Shown here in pieces: positions 19,054-28,376 of a DNA stretch of 64,000 bases; within the stretch, counting starts at the first letter, position 1, and each line of letters opens with the position of its first letter. The stretch is from Patescibacteria group bacterium. Its GTDB lineage: Bacteria > Patescibacteriota > Dojkabacteria > GCA-002793355. The stretch is from NCBI GenBank assembly GCA_016860985.1, contig BOKM01000001.1, positions 591,462 to 655,461 on the forward strand. The letters are read 5' to 3'. The position numbers were made by a program, and so were the translations under genes. The notes beneath the pieces are model-generated. The model was not told where the DNA came from. It did no database searches and saw only the letters and a program-made list of their open reading frames with translations.

Positions 19054-20307
19054 ATGCCTTATTTGTTATGTTTTTTGGGAGTTTTGCTCGGGACCGTTCT
19101 TGCAACGTTTGGCTATTATTTCGTTCTCTTTGTGCTGATATGTACAAGTGTGTGGGTTTCTATTAAATATCGCCCTATATATGCAAAGCTTGTGTGGCTT
19201 GTACTTTTTGCTTTTGGGCTTATTGTGTCAGGAATGCGTGCGAGCGGTAGGGCAACTGTAGTTTGGTATTTGGGCGACACCTGCAGTGGAAGAGTTGTAA
19301 AAAATTACGACAGAAATCTGTCAGTTAGGGTTGACAATTGTTTGAAATCGAGCGGGAAAGGGGCGTATATCTACACTAAGTGTTTGGGGTGGTGTCCGAT
19401 GACATATCAGAAGGTAAATTTTCGGCTTACGTCGTTAAAAAGTTTTGGGAAATTTCAGGGAGAGGGGATTGTGGTGACTGTGCTGTCTGATGAGCAGAAA
19501 TCGTCACCACAAGATGTTTATTATAGGTTGTTGCGGAGATTTTCTTACGTTAAGTTGGTGTATTTCAGTAGATTGCGGGAAATGACTTCCAGCGATGTAG
19601 CATCGCTAGTTACCAGTATGTTGTTTGGCGAAACTAATATTTCAAATGATCTTAAGGATGTGATGAAGGGGGTTGGAATGATGCATGTTGTCGCGATTTC
19701 GGGGGTGAATATCTCCTATTTGCTTAAATTCTACAATCTTATTAGTAAAAGGTTCTCGTACACAACTCGAAAAGTGGGTGAGTGGGTGTTGCTCTTAGTG
19801 CTGTATCTTGTTGTTGGAGAGGTACTTTCACTAGTAAGAGCGCTTTTAACTCTTTTTTGGGCCGTTTTTATAAAGAGAGTCGGTGTTGTCGTGGGTGAGA
19901 ATGTGTACTGGCTAAGTATGTCAGCTTTGCTGGTTCTGGAACCGTGGAATTATATGGATGTAGGGTATTGGCTTGTTTTTTCAGCATGTTTTGGGGTGTT
20001 CATCGTTGTACCATTTATAACAAAAAAGTGGAGAATCTCTGGAGTAAGAAAATTATTAGTAGAAAATCTTGTTGTTTGGGGATGTGTGGTACCTGCGCAA
20101 ATTATTGTGTTTAGACAAATTTCTGTTGGAAGTCTGGTTCTGATGCCCGTAATTGGGCCACTTGTTGAGTATGTATCAATACTGGGATATCTCGGAGTAG
20201 TGCTGCTAAGGGTACCAATAGTATCGGAGGTCGTCTCCATAGTTCTCGGCTCACTTACCGCCGTAATACTATTTGCTATAAACATGTTCCACGCACTCGC
20301 GTCTTGA
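19054..20307 (+). CDS. comEC: ComEC/Rec2-family competence membrane protein
   Basis: Polytopic membrane protein with 'MHVVAISGVNISYL', the ComEC 'H..AISG.H' competence-domain motif. Confidence 0.65.
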   Translation: MPYLLCFLGVLLGTVLATFGYYFVLFVLICTSVWVSIKYRPIYAKLVWLVLFAFGLIVSGMRASGRATVVWYLGDTCSGRVVKNYDRNLSVRVDNCLKSSGKGAYIYTKCLGWCPMTYQKVNFRLTSLKSFGKFQGEGIVVTVLSDEQKSSPQDVYYRLLRRFSYVKLVYFSRLREMTSSDVASLVTSMLFGETNISNDLKDVMKGVGMMHVVAISGVNISYLLKFYNLISKRFSYTTRKVGEWVLLLVLYLVVGEVLSLVRALLTLFWAVFIKRVGVVVGENVYWLSMSALLVLEPWNYMDVGYWLVFSACFGVFIVVPFITKKWRISGVRKLLVENLVVWGCVVPAQIIVFRQISVGSLVLMPVIGPLVEYVSILGYLGVVLLRVPIVSEVVSIVLGSLTAVILFAINMFHALAS

Positions 20308-20436
20308 CTGGTATTTTGTCCCCGCTGCCTGCTTCTGTTTCATGGTGTGGATTTTCATAGTCACACAAAATAGTCTGTGCAAGTTGATAGTATCCATATT
20401 CAGAGGAGTCATTATTGTCCGGCTAGAGTAAGACAA

Positions 20437-22407
20437 ATGAGTCGCAATAATGTTTCGATAAAGTTCGCACTATTTACGGTAGTGGTCCTGGAGTATTTGT
20501 TGTTAGTGTTTACATTTTTAGGAAACAGGGTGAAAGCTGATTCCTTCTACCCTGAAGCAGACAATTTTGTTTCGGAGGTGGATTTCTATTATGGATTATC
20601 TTTCTCGCCACGAGCTCTTCCTCTTGTGACATATGATCTCGAACAAGCTGTTGGAAGAAATAGGTCTGATGTTACCGCAGAGGCAATGTATGCAGAAATA
20701 AGTAACCCATCTTCCAGTTGGAGCGAGAGAAGGTTGGTGCTCCCCCCAAGTTCAGATGTTTATCTCGATATTTTAGGCATAAACAAAACCTCTCATATGG
20801 TTGGGGTAAGTAAGTTTTGGTTATTTGTCCAGCGGTATGGGGTGGAGGGAGTAGATGTACTTCTTGAGTCGAGTAATTCAATAATTTACAGAAATATTGC
20901 GTTGAACTACCAAGGTAGTTTAATTACAAAAGGTGGAAGGAGTATTGAATTCCAAGGTTTGGGGAATATAGCAGCGGTTGATGGTGCTGGTAACGTAGGC
21001 AAAAAGCGGAAAGAGGTATATGTAGGCCGTGTTCTTCAACCGATTGAGGTGCGTCTTGATTCGGTGTCGTGTGGAGTGCAATCACGGGACGTGGTGTTTG
21101 AAGTAAAAAATAACGGCAATGCAAAAGCAACAATACGATATAAGAATACGATTTTAGGGGTGAAAGAACAAACCCTTGAGTCATCAACTGTGACTTCGGA
21201 GGTCATGCTCGAAACAGAATACGATCTTCAAGAAGCTATGTTTGTAGTTGAAGTTGAGGAAAGTGAGAATTATTGTTTTGAGGACTTGGGCAGGGGCTTG
21301 TTTGAGTCACCGCTTGATGCTCATGCTGTACTTGTTGCGCGTAATGACGAAGGAAAGCCTTTATGGGGAGGTATTGTCGCGAGTAAACAGATAGAAGGTA
21401 ATTCGCCACGTTTCTGCATTAAGAGGATGGGTTACTCAATTGAAATACCGCTGGAAGAATGCTCGTTGCCAACAAATTACCAAATAGAAGTCTCACAAGC
21501 CTTTGTGACTCTTCCAGCTAACACAGAAATTAGGATTCCGTTTCGTATTCTTAATGTAGGGGGAGAGTCCAAAAATCCTATTTCTTTGACCCTTGCAGCC
21601 CCTGAGGAATGGAAGGAGTGGCTTCAATTAAAGCTTCAAGAATCACCATCTATTGTTAAAGAAGGGGATGAGTTTGGATTGTTGTTAGATAAAAACACTT
21701 TTATTACTGGCGAGATAATAGTTACTTCCCCTGTATTGTTTAGCCATGCTCAAAGTGATGACTTTGCTTTTCGACTTGAAACCCAAGGAAAGTCGGTAAG
21801 TATTGGACTTCACCCAGAAATTAGCGGGACATTTAAGGTTGTTACTTTTGAACAAGATTGTAGTAATGAAAACTTATTTCGGCTTGCCACCTACTTTGAT
21901 TCAGTAGGATTGGTAGTTAACCCAACGATATATCTTTCTATGGTGGGGGATTCGTCTCAGGCTGAAGGAGTGGAGGTTGTTGTTGTAAAAAAAAGAGGTG
22001 AGGTCGTCTTTGAAGGAGGAATTCCTGCTGAGGGTGTTGAAGTAGAGTTTAAGGGAAAATATTACAAGGGATCGGTTGAGTTTGAAATTTTACACAAACC
22101 GCCTGTGACTGGTGGTTTGCGTGCATCACCGGCAGTCAGTGGAGTTACTGCTAAGGTTAGGAGGTGCATTAAACGTACGGCAAAAAAACCAGCAGTAGGG
22201 GCGATACGTGAGGTGTTTGTTTCGAGTGCTCCGGTTTTGGGTGTGCGTTTTCCTGCTTTGCGAAACGCAGTACAAATATCAGAAAGTATTGATAAACTTG
22301 AACCTACACAGTCTGTGGAAATATCGTTGTTTTCGTGGATACTTCTATTATTGATTATCTTACTTGCGAGCGTTGGTTTTTTGATGCTTAAGAGGCTATT
22401 TTCCTAA
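20437..22407 (+). CDS. large hypothetical surface protein (signal anchor, C-terminal TM anchor)
   Basis: Start set at ATG 20437, 'MSRNNVSIKFALFTVVVLEYLLLVF'. C-terminal 'FSWILLLLIILLASVGFLMLKRLFS'. Confidence 0.5.
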   Translation: MSRNNVSIKFALFTVVVLEYLLLVFTFLGNRVKADSFYPEADNFVSEVDFYYGLSFSPRALPLVTYDLEQAVGRNRSDVTAEAMYAEISNPSSSWSERRLVLPPSSDVYLDILGINKTSHMVGVSKFWLFVQRYGVEGVDVLLESSNSIIYRNIALNYQGSLITKGGRSIEFQGLGNIAAVDGAGNVGKKRKEVYVGRVLQPIEVRLDSVSCGVQSRDVVFEVKNNGNAKATIRYKNTILGVKEQTLESSTVTSEVMLETEYDLQEAMFVVEVEESENYCFEDLGRGLFESPLDAHAVLVARNDEGKPLWGGIVASKQIEGNSPRFCIKRMGYSIEIPLEECSLPTNYQIEVSQAFVTLPANTEIRIPFRILNVGGESKNPISLTLAAPEEWKEWLQLKLQESPSIVKEGDEFGLLLDKNTFITGEIIVTSPVLFSHAQSDDFAFRLETQGKSVSIGLHPEISGTFKVVTFEQDCSNENLFRLATYFDSVGLVVNPTIYLSMVGDSSQAEGVEVVVVKKRGEVVFEGGIPAEGVEVEFKGKYYKGSVEFEILHKPPVTGGLRASPAVSGVTAKVRRCIKRTAKKPAVGAIREVFVSSAPVLGVRFPALRNAVQISESIDKLEPTQSVEISLFSWILLLLIILLASVGFLMLKRLFS

Positions 22408-23409
22408 GAATAGTGGTCTTAGCTTCTCCCAATTTGCTTTTGTTACCGCACCAGCCTTTAAATAGTTCTCGATATCATGTAACTCGAATTTTTCAATTTT
22501 TTCTGCCAGTTCATGCTCAAATACTCGTTGGTCTGGGGTGAGCGGAAGCGCGAGGTAATCGAGGCCTATAGATTTCGCGTGACTAGCTCTTGATGCTCTC
22601 AGTACGGTAATTTTCATGTCCTGTCGACTGGTTGGGCAGGGCTTATATTGCAAGTCGCTCGTGAGTATCTCTTCAATGAATAATTGGGTCGCAGGCAGAA
22701 GGGTTGAATCGGCTTTTAGAAGCCGTAGGGCATCTAATACCGAATCGGGTGGGGTTGACCTGTTTTCGTACGCTAATGCTATCTCTTTGCAGTATTCGGT
22801 TAACTTTTTGATTGCAAGGGCGTCTCTTTTTGGGTAGTTCTCCTCTAAAGCTGGGTTAAGTTTCTCAAAAAGTAATGCATCGAGTGACTGTTTGTTTGGA
22901 AAGAGCACAAATTGTTGCTGTCTTCCAATAAAGCGGAAACCTGTGGCAAAGTTAAGTTTGATTGTCGCGAGGTTGTTTTCGTAGGTTCTTCCGTAAATTT
23001 TCATAAATCCTAATGAGAATAAGTAGTCAAAAAAACTTTCGTAACAGGCTTTGGCATATCCTTTCCCTCTGTACTTTGTGTCAGTGTCAATTGCTATTGA
23101 GATATAGCAACTCTTAACGTCCCAGTCGATAAGTTTGATCTTTACGTATCCAATGTATTTTTCTGATAGGAGTTTCTTAATTGTAAGTACATACGTAATC
23201 TCTTTTGGTGGATTCGCGTACATTTTCTCCAAGGATTTTAACTGCTTTTCTTTTGAAATCTTTGTTTTTGTCCTAAATAGTGTCTTTTGAATATCAGAAT
23301 TAGAGAGAAGTTCAACAATAAAGTTAAGATGCTTATGTTGCAAAGGCTGAAGCTGAAGTTCCTTAACTTTTGTTTTGAGAGTTGGAAAGTTTTGCATGTT
23401 TTTCTTCAA
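22396..23409 (-). CDS. GNAT (acetyltransferase-fold) domain protein, first (distal) gene of the ATP-grasp operon
   Basis: Central region 'IAIDTDTKYRGKGYAKACYESFFDYLFSLGFMKIYGRTYENNLATIKLNFATGFRF' matches GNAT motifs A/B. Overlaps the upstream ATP-grasp gene by 47 nt. Confidence 0.5.
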   Translation of the reverse strand: MKKNMQNFPTLKTKVKELQLQPLQHKHLNFIVELLSNSDIQKTLFRTKTKISKEKQLKSLEKMYANPPKEITYVLTIKKLLSEKYIGYVKIKLIDWDVKSCYISIAIDTDTKYRGKGYAKACYESFFDYLFSLGFMKIYGRTYENNLATIKLNFATGFRFIGRQQQFVLFPNKQSLDALLFEKLNPALEENYPKRDALAIKKLTEYCKEIALAYENRSTPPDSVLDALRLLKADSTLLPATQLFIEEILTSDLQYKPCPTSRQDMKITVLRASRASHAKSIGLDYLALPLTPDQRVFEHELAEKIEKFELHDIENYLKAGAVTKANWEKLRPLFLGK

Positions 23410-24403
23410 TGTACTGCACTATTTCTGCTGCGACGTTAACGCCGGTAGAGGATTCAAACCCTCTAAATTGAGGAGCACTATTAGTTTCAATAAGTACTGG
23501 ACCACTTTTGGGCAACATAATATCTACGCCTCTTATCTCTGCATTCTGAAGTCTTACTACGTCAAGTGCAAGTTTTTGAACCTCGGGGGTTATGTCTATG
23601 GGGTACGCATTGGCGCCTTGTGCCACGTTGCCTTTCCACTGTCCCTCTTGTGGTTCTCTTCGCATTGCGCCGAGTATCTTTTGACCAACAACGAACACTC
23701 TCACGTCCCCCATGTAGTCGATACATTCCTGAAAGAGCAGGTCGCCTACTTTTAATTCTTCTGTTCTTAGTAGTTCAAGAACGTCTTTCTTTGATGAACA
23801 CTTAAATACACCTTTGCCCTTTGAACTTTCGGACTTTTTAACGATTAGTGGATACTTCATGTAGTCAAGAAGTTGCAATAGCGACAATTCTGAGGTCACG
23901 GCAAATGTTTTTGCGTAAGGATATCCATCGCTGCTAGTTTTGTAAAAGGTTCCGTGTTTGGACTTATAGTACATCTCCTTCCCGATTTTCTCGTCGACAA
24001 GAGTTTTGTTATGGGACAGGAGGTAGTGGGCGAGAATTGTTGACCATTCTAATGTCTTTGAGATCTCTCTGAATAAAAATGCATCAAAGTAATTTATGTC
24101 AAAGTGATTTTTTACAGAGACCATTTTTTTTCCAAGCATACCTTTCTGCTCAATCTCTGCTTGAAACTCCTTTGGTGGGGTAATTAGAAGTGGTTGTTTG
24201 TCTGTAAACACTTCTGGGAACTTTATTTGCTCCTCTGTTGTTGGCGGCGTAAAGTAAATACCGAATTTTCCACCGTTAAAGAAGTTAGTCTCCACAATTC
24301 GTCGTTTTGAAAGGAAAACGGCCTCGTGGCCTTTCTTTAGTGCTTCGTATAGAATCCGATCACTCTCGTAATATGGATTCATTCCGATGATTGCAATCTT
24401 CAT
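23363..24403 (-). CDS. RimK-like ATP-grasp ligase
   Basis: 'YPLIVKKSESSKGKGVFK', 'VRVFVVGQKILGAMRREPQEGQWKGNVAQGANAYPIDITPEVQKLALDV' and 'RGVDIMLPKSGPVLIETNSAPQFRGFE' match the RimK ATP-grasp core. Confidence 0.7.
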   Translation of the reverse strand: MKIAIIGMNPYYESDRILYEALKKGHEAVFLSKRRIVETNFFNGGKFGIYFTPPTTEEQIKFPEVFTDKQPLLITPPKEFQAEIEQKGMLGKKMVSVKNHFDINYFDAFLFREISKTLEWSTILAHYLLSHNKTLVDEKIGKEMYYKSKHGTFYKTSSDGYPYAKTFAVTSELSLLQLLDYMKYPLIVKKSESSKGKGVFKCSSKKDVLELLRTEELKVGDLLFQECIDYMGDVRVFVVGQKILGAMRREPQEGQWKGNVAQGANAYPIDITPEVQKLALDVVRLQNAEIRGVDIMLPKSGPVLIETNSAPQFRGFESSTGVNVAAEIVQYIEEKHAKLSNSQNKS

Positions 24404-24405
24404 GG

Positions 24406-25314
24406 TTAATTGTGCTGTAATTTTTCAATATAGTCAACGAACATTTTTGCAACATTGATACCATGTGCTTGTGTAAATCCTTGGAATCCAGGGGTTCGAT
24501 TGACTTCGAGTAGGTATGGTTTTCCTTCCTTAGTGTAAACAACGTCTACACCGCCAAAGTTACAGTTAGTTGCTTTTGCTGCTTTTGCTGCAAGGTCTTT
24601 TAACTCACCTGTAAGCTCTGCTGGCTGTACTGTTCCACCGAGAGAGAAATTCGCACGAAAATCGCCCTTTTTAGGAATTCGAAGCATAGCACCGACCACT
24701 TGGTCTGCAACAACAAGAACTCGATAGTCAGCTGCAAGAGGTAAAAACTCTTGTATGTAGAATCTTCCAAGTTTGTTTTCTTCGTTTAGTTCGCTTAACA
24801 AGTTTTCAAGGTCAAGTCGATCATCGACTTTGTAGATTTTTGCTCCTTTACCACTCGATCGATGCTTAACAACCAATGGGTAGCCACATTCTTTTTCTAT
24901 TCGCGGGATGAGTTTCAGGTAGTTTGAAAGTGTGTGTGCATGGTATGTTTTTGGGAAAGGAAGCGCTGCTTGTACAATGCGTTGTCCATCAATGAGTTTG
25001 TTTATCATCATTTTCTCTTCTGCCAGATTGTTATCAACGACTAATTTCCCTTTGTTTTTCATGTAGGAGATTATGTTAAGTGCATATTTGAAGTAAGCAA
25101 ATACCTCGCGTACTAACAAAGCATCATATTGTGCAATATCTCCATGCTCACTGTGGGCAAAAAAGTCACCTTCTGGTCCATAATGCGCATAAACATCTTC
25201 AATTGTGATAATGTCGGCCTTCCATCCGGCTTTTGTAAAAGATTGTTGCAAAGCTTGTGGCTCGAACTTGTTTTTAAATCCTTTTTGGATAAGGATGGCA
25301 ATACTTTTTGACAT
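24406..25314 (-). CDS. RimK-family ATP-grasp ligase (alpha-L-glutamate ligase-like)
   Basis: 'YPLVVKHRSSGKGAKIYKV', 'YRVLVVADQVVGAMLRIPKKGDFRANFSLGGTVQPAELT' and 'GGVDVVYTKEGKPYLLEVNRTPGFQGF' give a close RimK pattern. 2-nt gap to the next gene. Confidence 0.8.
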   Translation of the reverse strand: MSKSIAILIQKGFKNKFEPQALQQSFTKAGWKADIITIEDVYAHYGPEGDFFAHSEHGDIAQYDALLVREVFAYFKYALNIISYMKNKGKLVVDNNLAEEKMMINKLIDGQRIVQAALPFPKTYHAHTLSNYLKLIPRIEKECGYPLVVKHRSSGKGAKIYKVDDRLDLENLLSELNEENKLGRFYIQEFLPLAADYRVLVVADQVVGAMLRIPKKGDFRANFSLGGTVQPAELTGELKDLAAKAAKATNCNFGGVDVVYTKEGKPYLLEVNRTPGFQGFTQAHGINVAKMFVDYIEKLQHN

Positions 25315-25330
25315 TGCTAGCTCAATGAAA

Positions 25331-26836
25331 TTATTGTTGCCTCATGGCAAAAACCCGTGTAGGGTCTATAAGAAATTCCTTTAAATCTTTTCGTCCAATT
25401 ATCACAGGGTAGAGTAAGTCAGATCTGTTGCTTACATTCAAGTTATACGTTTTTGTAACTGCGCCAAGTGTGATAACTGCTTCTATAACTGGTCTAACTG
25501 TATAACCGTTTGTTGACTTTACCACGACAAAATCTTTAATTGTCTCAAATTGTCGTTGTCGTACTTTTTCATCATATTCTTCTCGAATCTCGTGTGCTTC
25601 TTCGAGTGTGTGATATCGCTTGGTAATGATGTTTTGGATGCCAATGAGCTCTTTGTACCCGAGGGCAATGGCTAGGTTGTAATCTATGGCAGATTTAAGC
25701 GCTCCAGTGTCAATCTTTGACTTTACTGACTCTTTTGGAGGTGTCATATTCTTTTTCTTACTCTTTTTTAGAAGATCAAGAACGGCTGGTGTGGGAGATA
25801 CAGAGACTCTTTCAACTAATCCAATGATTTCTCGTCCTGTAAGGTTTTCAACTTGTTCTTCAATCTCTCCACCAAATAGATTCCTTGCGATTGCAACGTA
25901 TTTTTCTACTGTTTTTTTCTTCTTGTAGCGCTGCACTTGATTCATTCTGAGTAAAAGACCTTCTTGATTGGCCAGTTGAATTGCAAGTCCTGGGCGTGCG
26001 TTTAACTCAAGAATCATAGGTCCCTTTTCTTTATCTATAACAATATCTACTCCTGCAAGTCCCAGTTTTGAAATCTGCTGACTTTTAACTGCGAGCTCAA
26101 GTACTTTTTCCCAGTAAGGAATTTTGATTCCTCGGAGGAGAAGCTTTGGCTCATCTAATGTTTCTTCTATTAAGTCGTAGCGATCTCCAATGAGGTCGAA
26201 GCCTTTTCTGTGTATCGCTGTAGTAGTTACCCCAGAACCAATATCAATTCCGACACCAATGCCCCCTGCGTGCAAGTTTGCTGTACCTCTTGATTCTCGT
26301 GTAGGAAGTCGTAATTCTGCCATAATTGGAAAAGAATTGTAGACTATAACGCGAATATCTGGGATTCCTCTGTAGGAGTAGGGCTTAAGTGTTGGGTGAT
26401 TACTAACTCGTTCTTCGAAAAAGGCAACATCTGCCTTTCCATCAATTGAATATTTTCCGTCGATTATGTCGGATACGTGCTGTTTTATCGATTCGACGTT
26501 CATCGTCTCCATGTTTGGCATAATCCACTCCAACTTTCCTTTCTTTTTTCCGTAGAAAACGATAATACCTGACCCGTGAGTCCCCTTGTTGGGTTTAATC
26601 ACAAAGCTGTTTGGAAGTGCTGCCCAGTTGATGTATTCGAGCTGTTGTTTGCTGCGGATAATTTTGAATAGTTCAGGAGTTTTAATCTTTTTCTTCCCTA
26701 GGATACGTTTTGTCAAAAGCTTGTCATCAGCGTAGCGCTTATACTTTGGCGGATTGAGTCTTCGTATAAACCCTAAATTTCGCTGGTTAATTCCCAGTAT
26801 TGATCTTGAGAATTCAGAAAGTGAAAAGCCAAACAT
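25331..26836 (-). CDS. RimK-like ATP-grasp ligase with RLAN N-terminal domain and C-terminal retropepsin-like domain (PF05618, 'putative ATP-dependent zinc protease')
   Basis: N-terminal 'LGINQRNLGFIRRLNPPKYKRYADDKLLTKRIL' is RLAN-like. The ATP-grasp core is 'GIDIGSGVTTTAIHRKGFDLIGDRYD ... LELNARPGLAIQ'. C-terminal 'SKIDTGALKSAIDY ... VIIGRKDLKEFLIDP' has the D-T-G aspartyl-protease-like signature of PF05618. Confidence 0.65.
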   Translation of the reverse strand: MFGFSLSEFSRSILGINQRNLGFIRRLNPPKYKRYADDKLLTKRILGKKKIKTPELFKIIRSKQQLEYINWAALPNSFVIKPNKGTHGSGIIVFYGKKKGKLEWIMPNMETMNVESIKQHVSDIIDGKYSIDGKADVAFFEERVSNHPTLKPYSYRGIPDIRVIVYNSFPIMAELRLPTRESRGTANLHAGGIGVGIDIGSGVTTTAIHRKGFDLIGDRYDLIEETLDEPKLLLRGIKIPYWEKVLELAVKSQQISKLGLAGVDIVIDKEKGPMILELNARPGLAIQLANQEGLLLRMNQVQRYKKKKTVEKYVAIARNLFGGEIEEQVENLTGREIIGLVERVSVSPTPAVLDLLKKSKKKNMTPPKESVKSKIDTGALKSAIDYNLAIALGYKELIGIQNIITKRYHTLEEAHEIREEYDEKVRQRQFETIKDFVVVKSTNGYTVRPVIEAVITLGAVTKTYNLNVSNRSDLLYPVIIGRKDLKEFLIDPTRVFAMRQQ

Positions 26837-26839
26837 GAT

Positions 26840-27484
26840 TTATTGGTTTTTTAATATAGAACCAAAACGAAGTAACTCTGTAAACCTAACTGCAGACCAA
26901 AAGGCAACAATTGCGTCAACAATCAATACGAATATGAGTACCTCGTGATGTGCCGCGAGAAAGGTATTCCAGGTACTCCAGGTAATAAGAAGGCCAGCAA
27001 ATAGTGAAAGTACAACGGTGGTCGCAAGTCTGCGAATAAACTCTTGACTGTCTTTTTTGAATAGTAACGTTGCCAGCTCGTCGATTGTCGTTGCAATAAG
27101 GAAAACACCAATACCAAAAAAGTGGTCACTTACTATTGAGGCATAGGAAGTCTGCGCAATTACGGCCATTGCGATAAGAGAAAAGAAGGTCGCGCCCAAG
27201 TACATAACTGCGACACGTGCGTAGTAGTTAATTTTAAATCTCCTGATGAGATATCTTGTTGCGACAGCAGTACCGATAGTTAGGAGTGAAAAGAGGAGCC
27301 AAAGAACAACTGCAAACAGTGCTGAGTCGAGTAACTGGTAAAAGAAGTAATACGCTAGAGATAGCGCAATGACGGGATAATTCTTCCATGTTTTAAAACC
27401 AATCATATAACGAGTAATAGCAACAAGAGATACGATTATCGGAATATTGAGGAGGATGGCCGGGACGTCTGGTAAGAAAACCAT
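26840..27484 (-). CDS. multi-pass (about 7 TM) membrane protein, promoter-proximal gene of the ATP-grasp operon
   Basis: 214 aa and almost entirely hydrophobic helices. 3-nt gap to the RLAN/ATP-grasp gene. Resembles the 7TM partners of RimK-like ligases. Confidence 0.5.
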   Translation of the reverse strand: MVFLPDVPAILLNIPIIVSLVAITRYMIGFKTWKNYPVIALSLAYYFFYQLLDSALFAVVLWLLFSLLTIGTAVATRYLIRRFKINYYARVAVMYLGATFFSLIAMAVIAQTSYASIVSDHFFGIGVFLIATTIDELATLLFKKDSQEFIRRLATTVVLSLFAGLLITWSTWNTFLAAHHEVLIFVLIVDAIVAFWSAVRFTELLRFGSILKNQ

Positions 27485-27593
27485 GAGACGTTGTATTAAT
27501 TTAACTCTGTATTATATCAAAAACGTGTAGGAGAAGCCATTTTTTCGGGGCTGTTTAGTTGCTTGTTCGTGATAAAAAGAATACAATCTGGGC

Positions 27594-28151
27594 ATGATTG
27601 AAGTAGAATCTAAAATTTTGAATATAGATTGTGAATTAGTGAGAACCAGACTCAAAAGTATTGGTGCGCAGTTTATTTCGGAGAAGTTATTTCATACATT
27701 GTTATTCCGATTGCCAAAAGATCTAAGCAAGGCGACATTGAGATTAAGAAAAGAGGGAGAAAGAGCAGTTCTAACCTTTAAGACGATTGTTAAAAGCCCA
27801 GACGATTCAGTGAAAGTGAGAAATGAAATGGAAACTGAAGTGGAAAATTTTGAGATAATGAAAGGAGTGCTGCTTTCTTTAGGATATCCGGTGTCGCAAG
27901 AGTTTGAAAAGATTCGTGAAGAGTACCGGTTGGATGACGCAGTTATTGTTATTGACCAATTTCAAGGAAGGTATGCAGTTATTCCTCCTCTTCTGGAAAT
28001 TGAAGCTATTGATGCCATCGAGGTGATTCGAATAGCTGAATTGTTGGGGTATGAAAAATCGCAGCTTTCAAGTGCTGGATTGCGTGATTTTGTTGTGCAG
28101 TACAATCTAGGTGAACTTGATAGCGATACTGACAAGAGTGGAGGTTCTTGA
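27594..28151 (+). CDS. CYTH-domain protein (CyaB/ThTPase-like triphosphate tunnel metalloenzyme)
   Basis: 'MIEVESKILNID' has the EXEXK motif at the N-terminus, with 'LRLRKEG..AVLTFK' and an acidic 'E.E.E' strand later; 185 aa. Confidence 0.7.
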   Translation: MIEVESKILNIDCELVRTRLKSIGAQFISEKLFHTLLFRLPKDLSKATLRLRKEGERAVLTFKTIVKSPDDSVKVRNEMETEVENFEIMKGVLLSLGYPVSQEFEKIREEYRLDDAVIVIDQFQGRYAVIPPLLEIEAIDAIEVIRIAELLGYEKSQLSSAGLRDFVVQYNLGELDSDTDKSGGS

Positions 28152-28157
28152 TATAAT
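28129..28157 (+). promoter_or_regulatory. sigma70-like promoter for tRNA-Arg (CTGACA-17-TATAAT)
   Basis: -35 CTGACA 28129-28134, 17-nt spacer, -10 TATAAT 28152-28157. tRNA 5' end 9 nt downstream. Confidence 0.4.
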
Positions 28158-28165
28158 TACGAAGT

Positions 28166-28238
28166 GCGCCTGTAGCTCAACGGATAGAGCAACAGACTTC
28201 TAATCTGTGGGTTGTGGGTTCGATTCCCGCCGGGCGCA
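28166..28238 (+). tRNA. tRNA-Arg (anticodon TCT)
   Basis: Cloverleaf: acceptor GCGCCTG/CGGGCGC, anticodon stem-loop CAGAC-TTCTAAT-CTGTG, T-arm GTGGG-TTCGATT-CCCGC, discriminator A. Confidence 0.85.
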
Positions 28239-28239
28239 G

Positions 28240-28276
28240 GTGAGTGACCACGCTGTTGCGTGGGCAGTCACCTGAG
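28240..28276 (+). terminator. long imperfect hairpin immediately 3' of tRNA-Arg
   Basis: 'AGGTGAGTGACCACGC TGTT GCGTGGGCAGTCACCT' forms an approximately 14-bp stem. No T-run follows, so it may be a processing or structural element rather than an intrinsic terminator. Confidence 0.3.
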
Positions 28277-28376
28277 TATTCGGATTCGACCTTTACTCAG
28301 TTATCTCAAATCTTCAGTGTGTGAAGGAATCGATTGCGTAGCAATATAGACGCCGCTTTATTGTGATGTAGGACAT

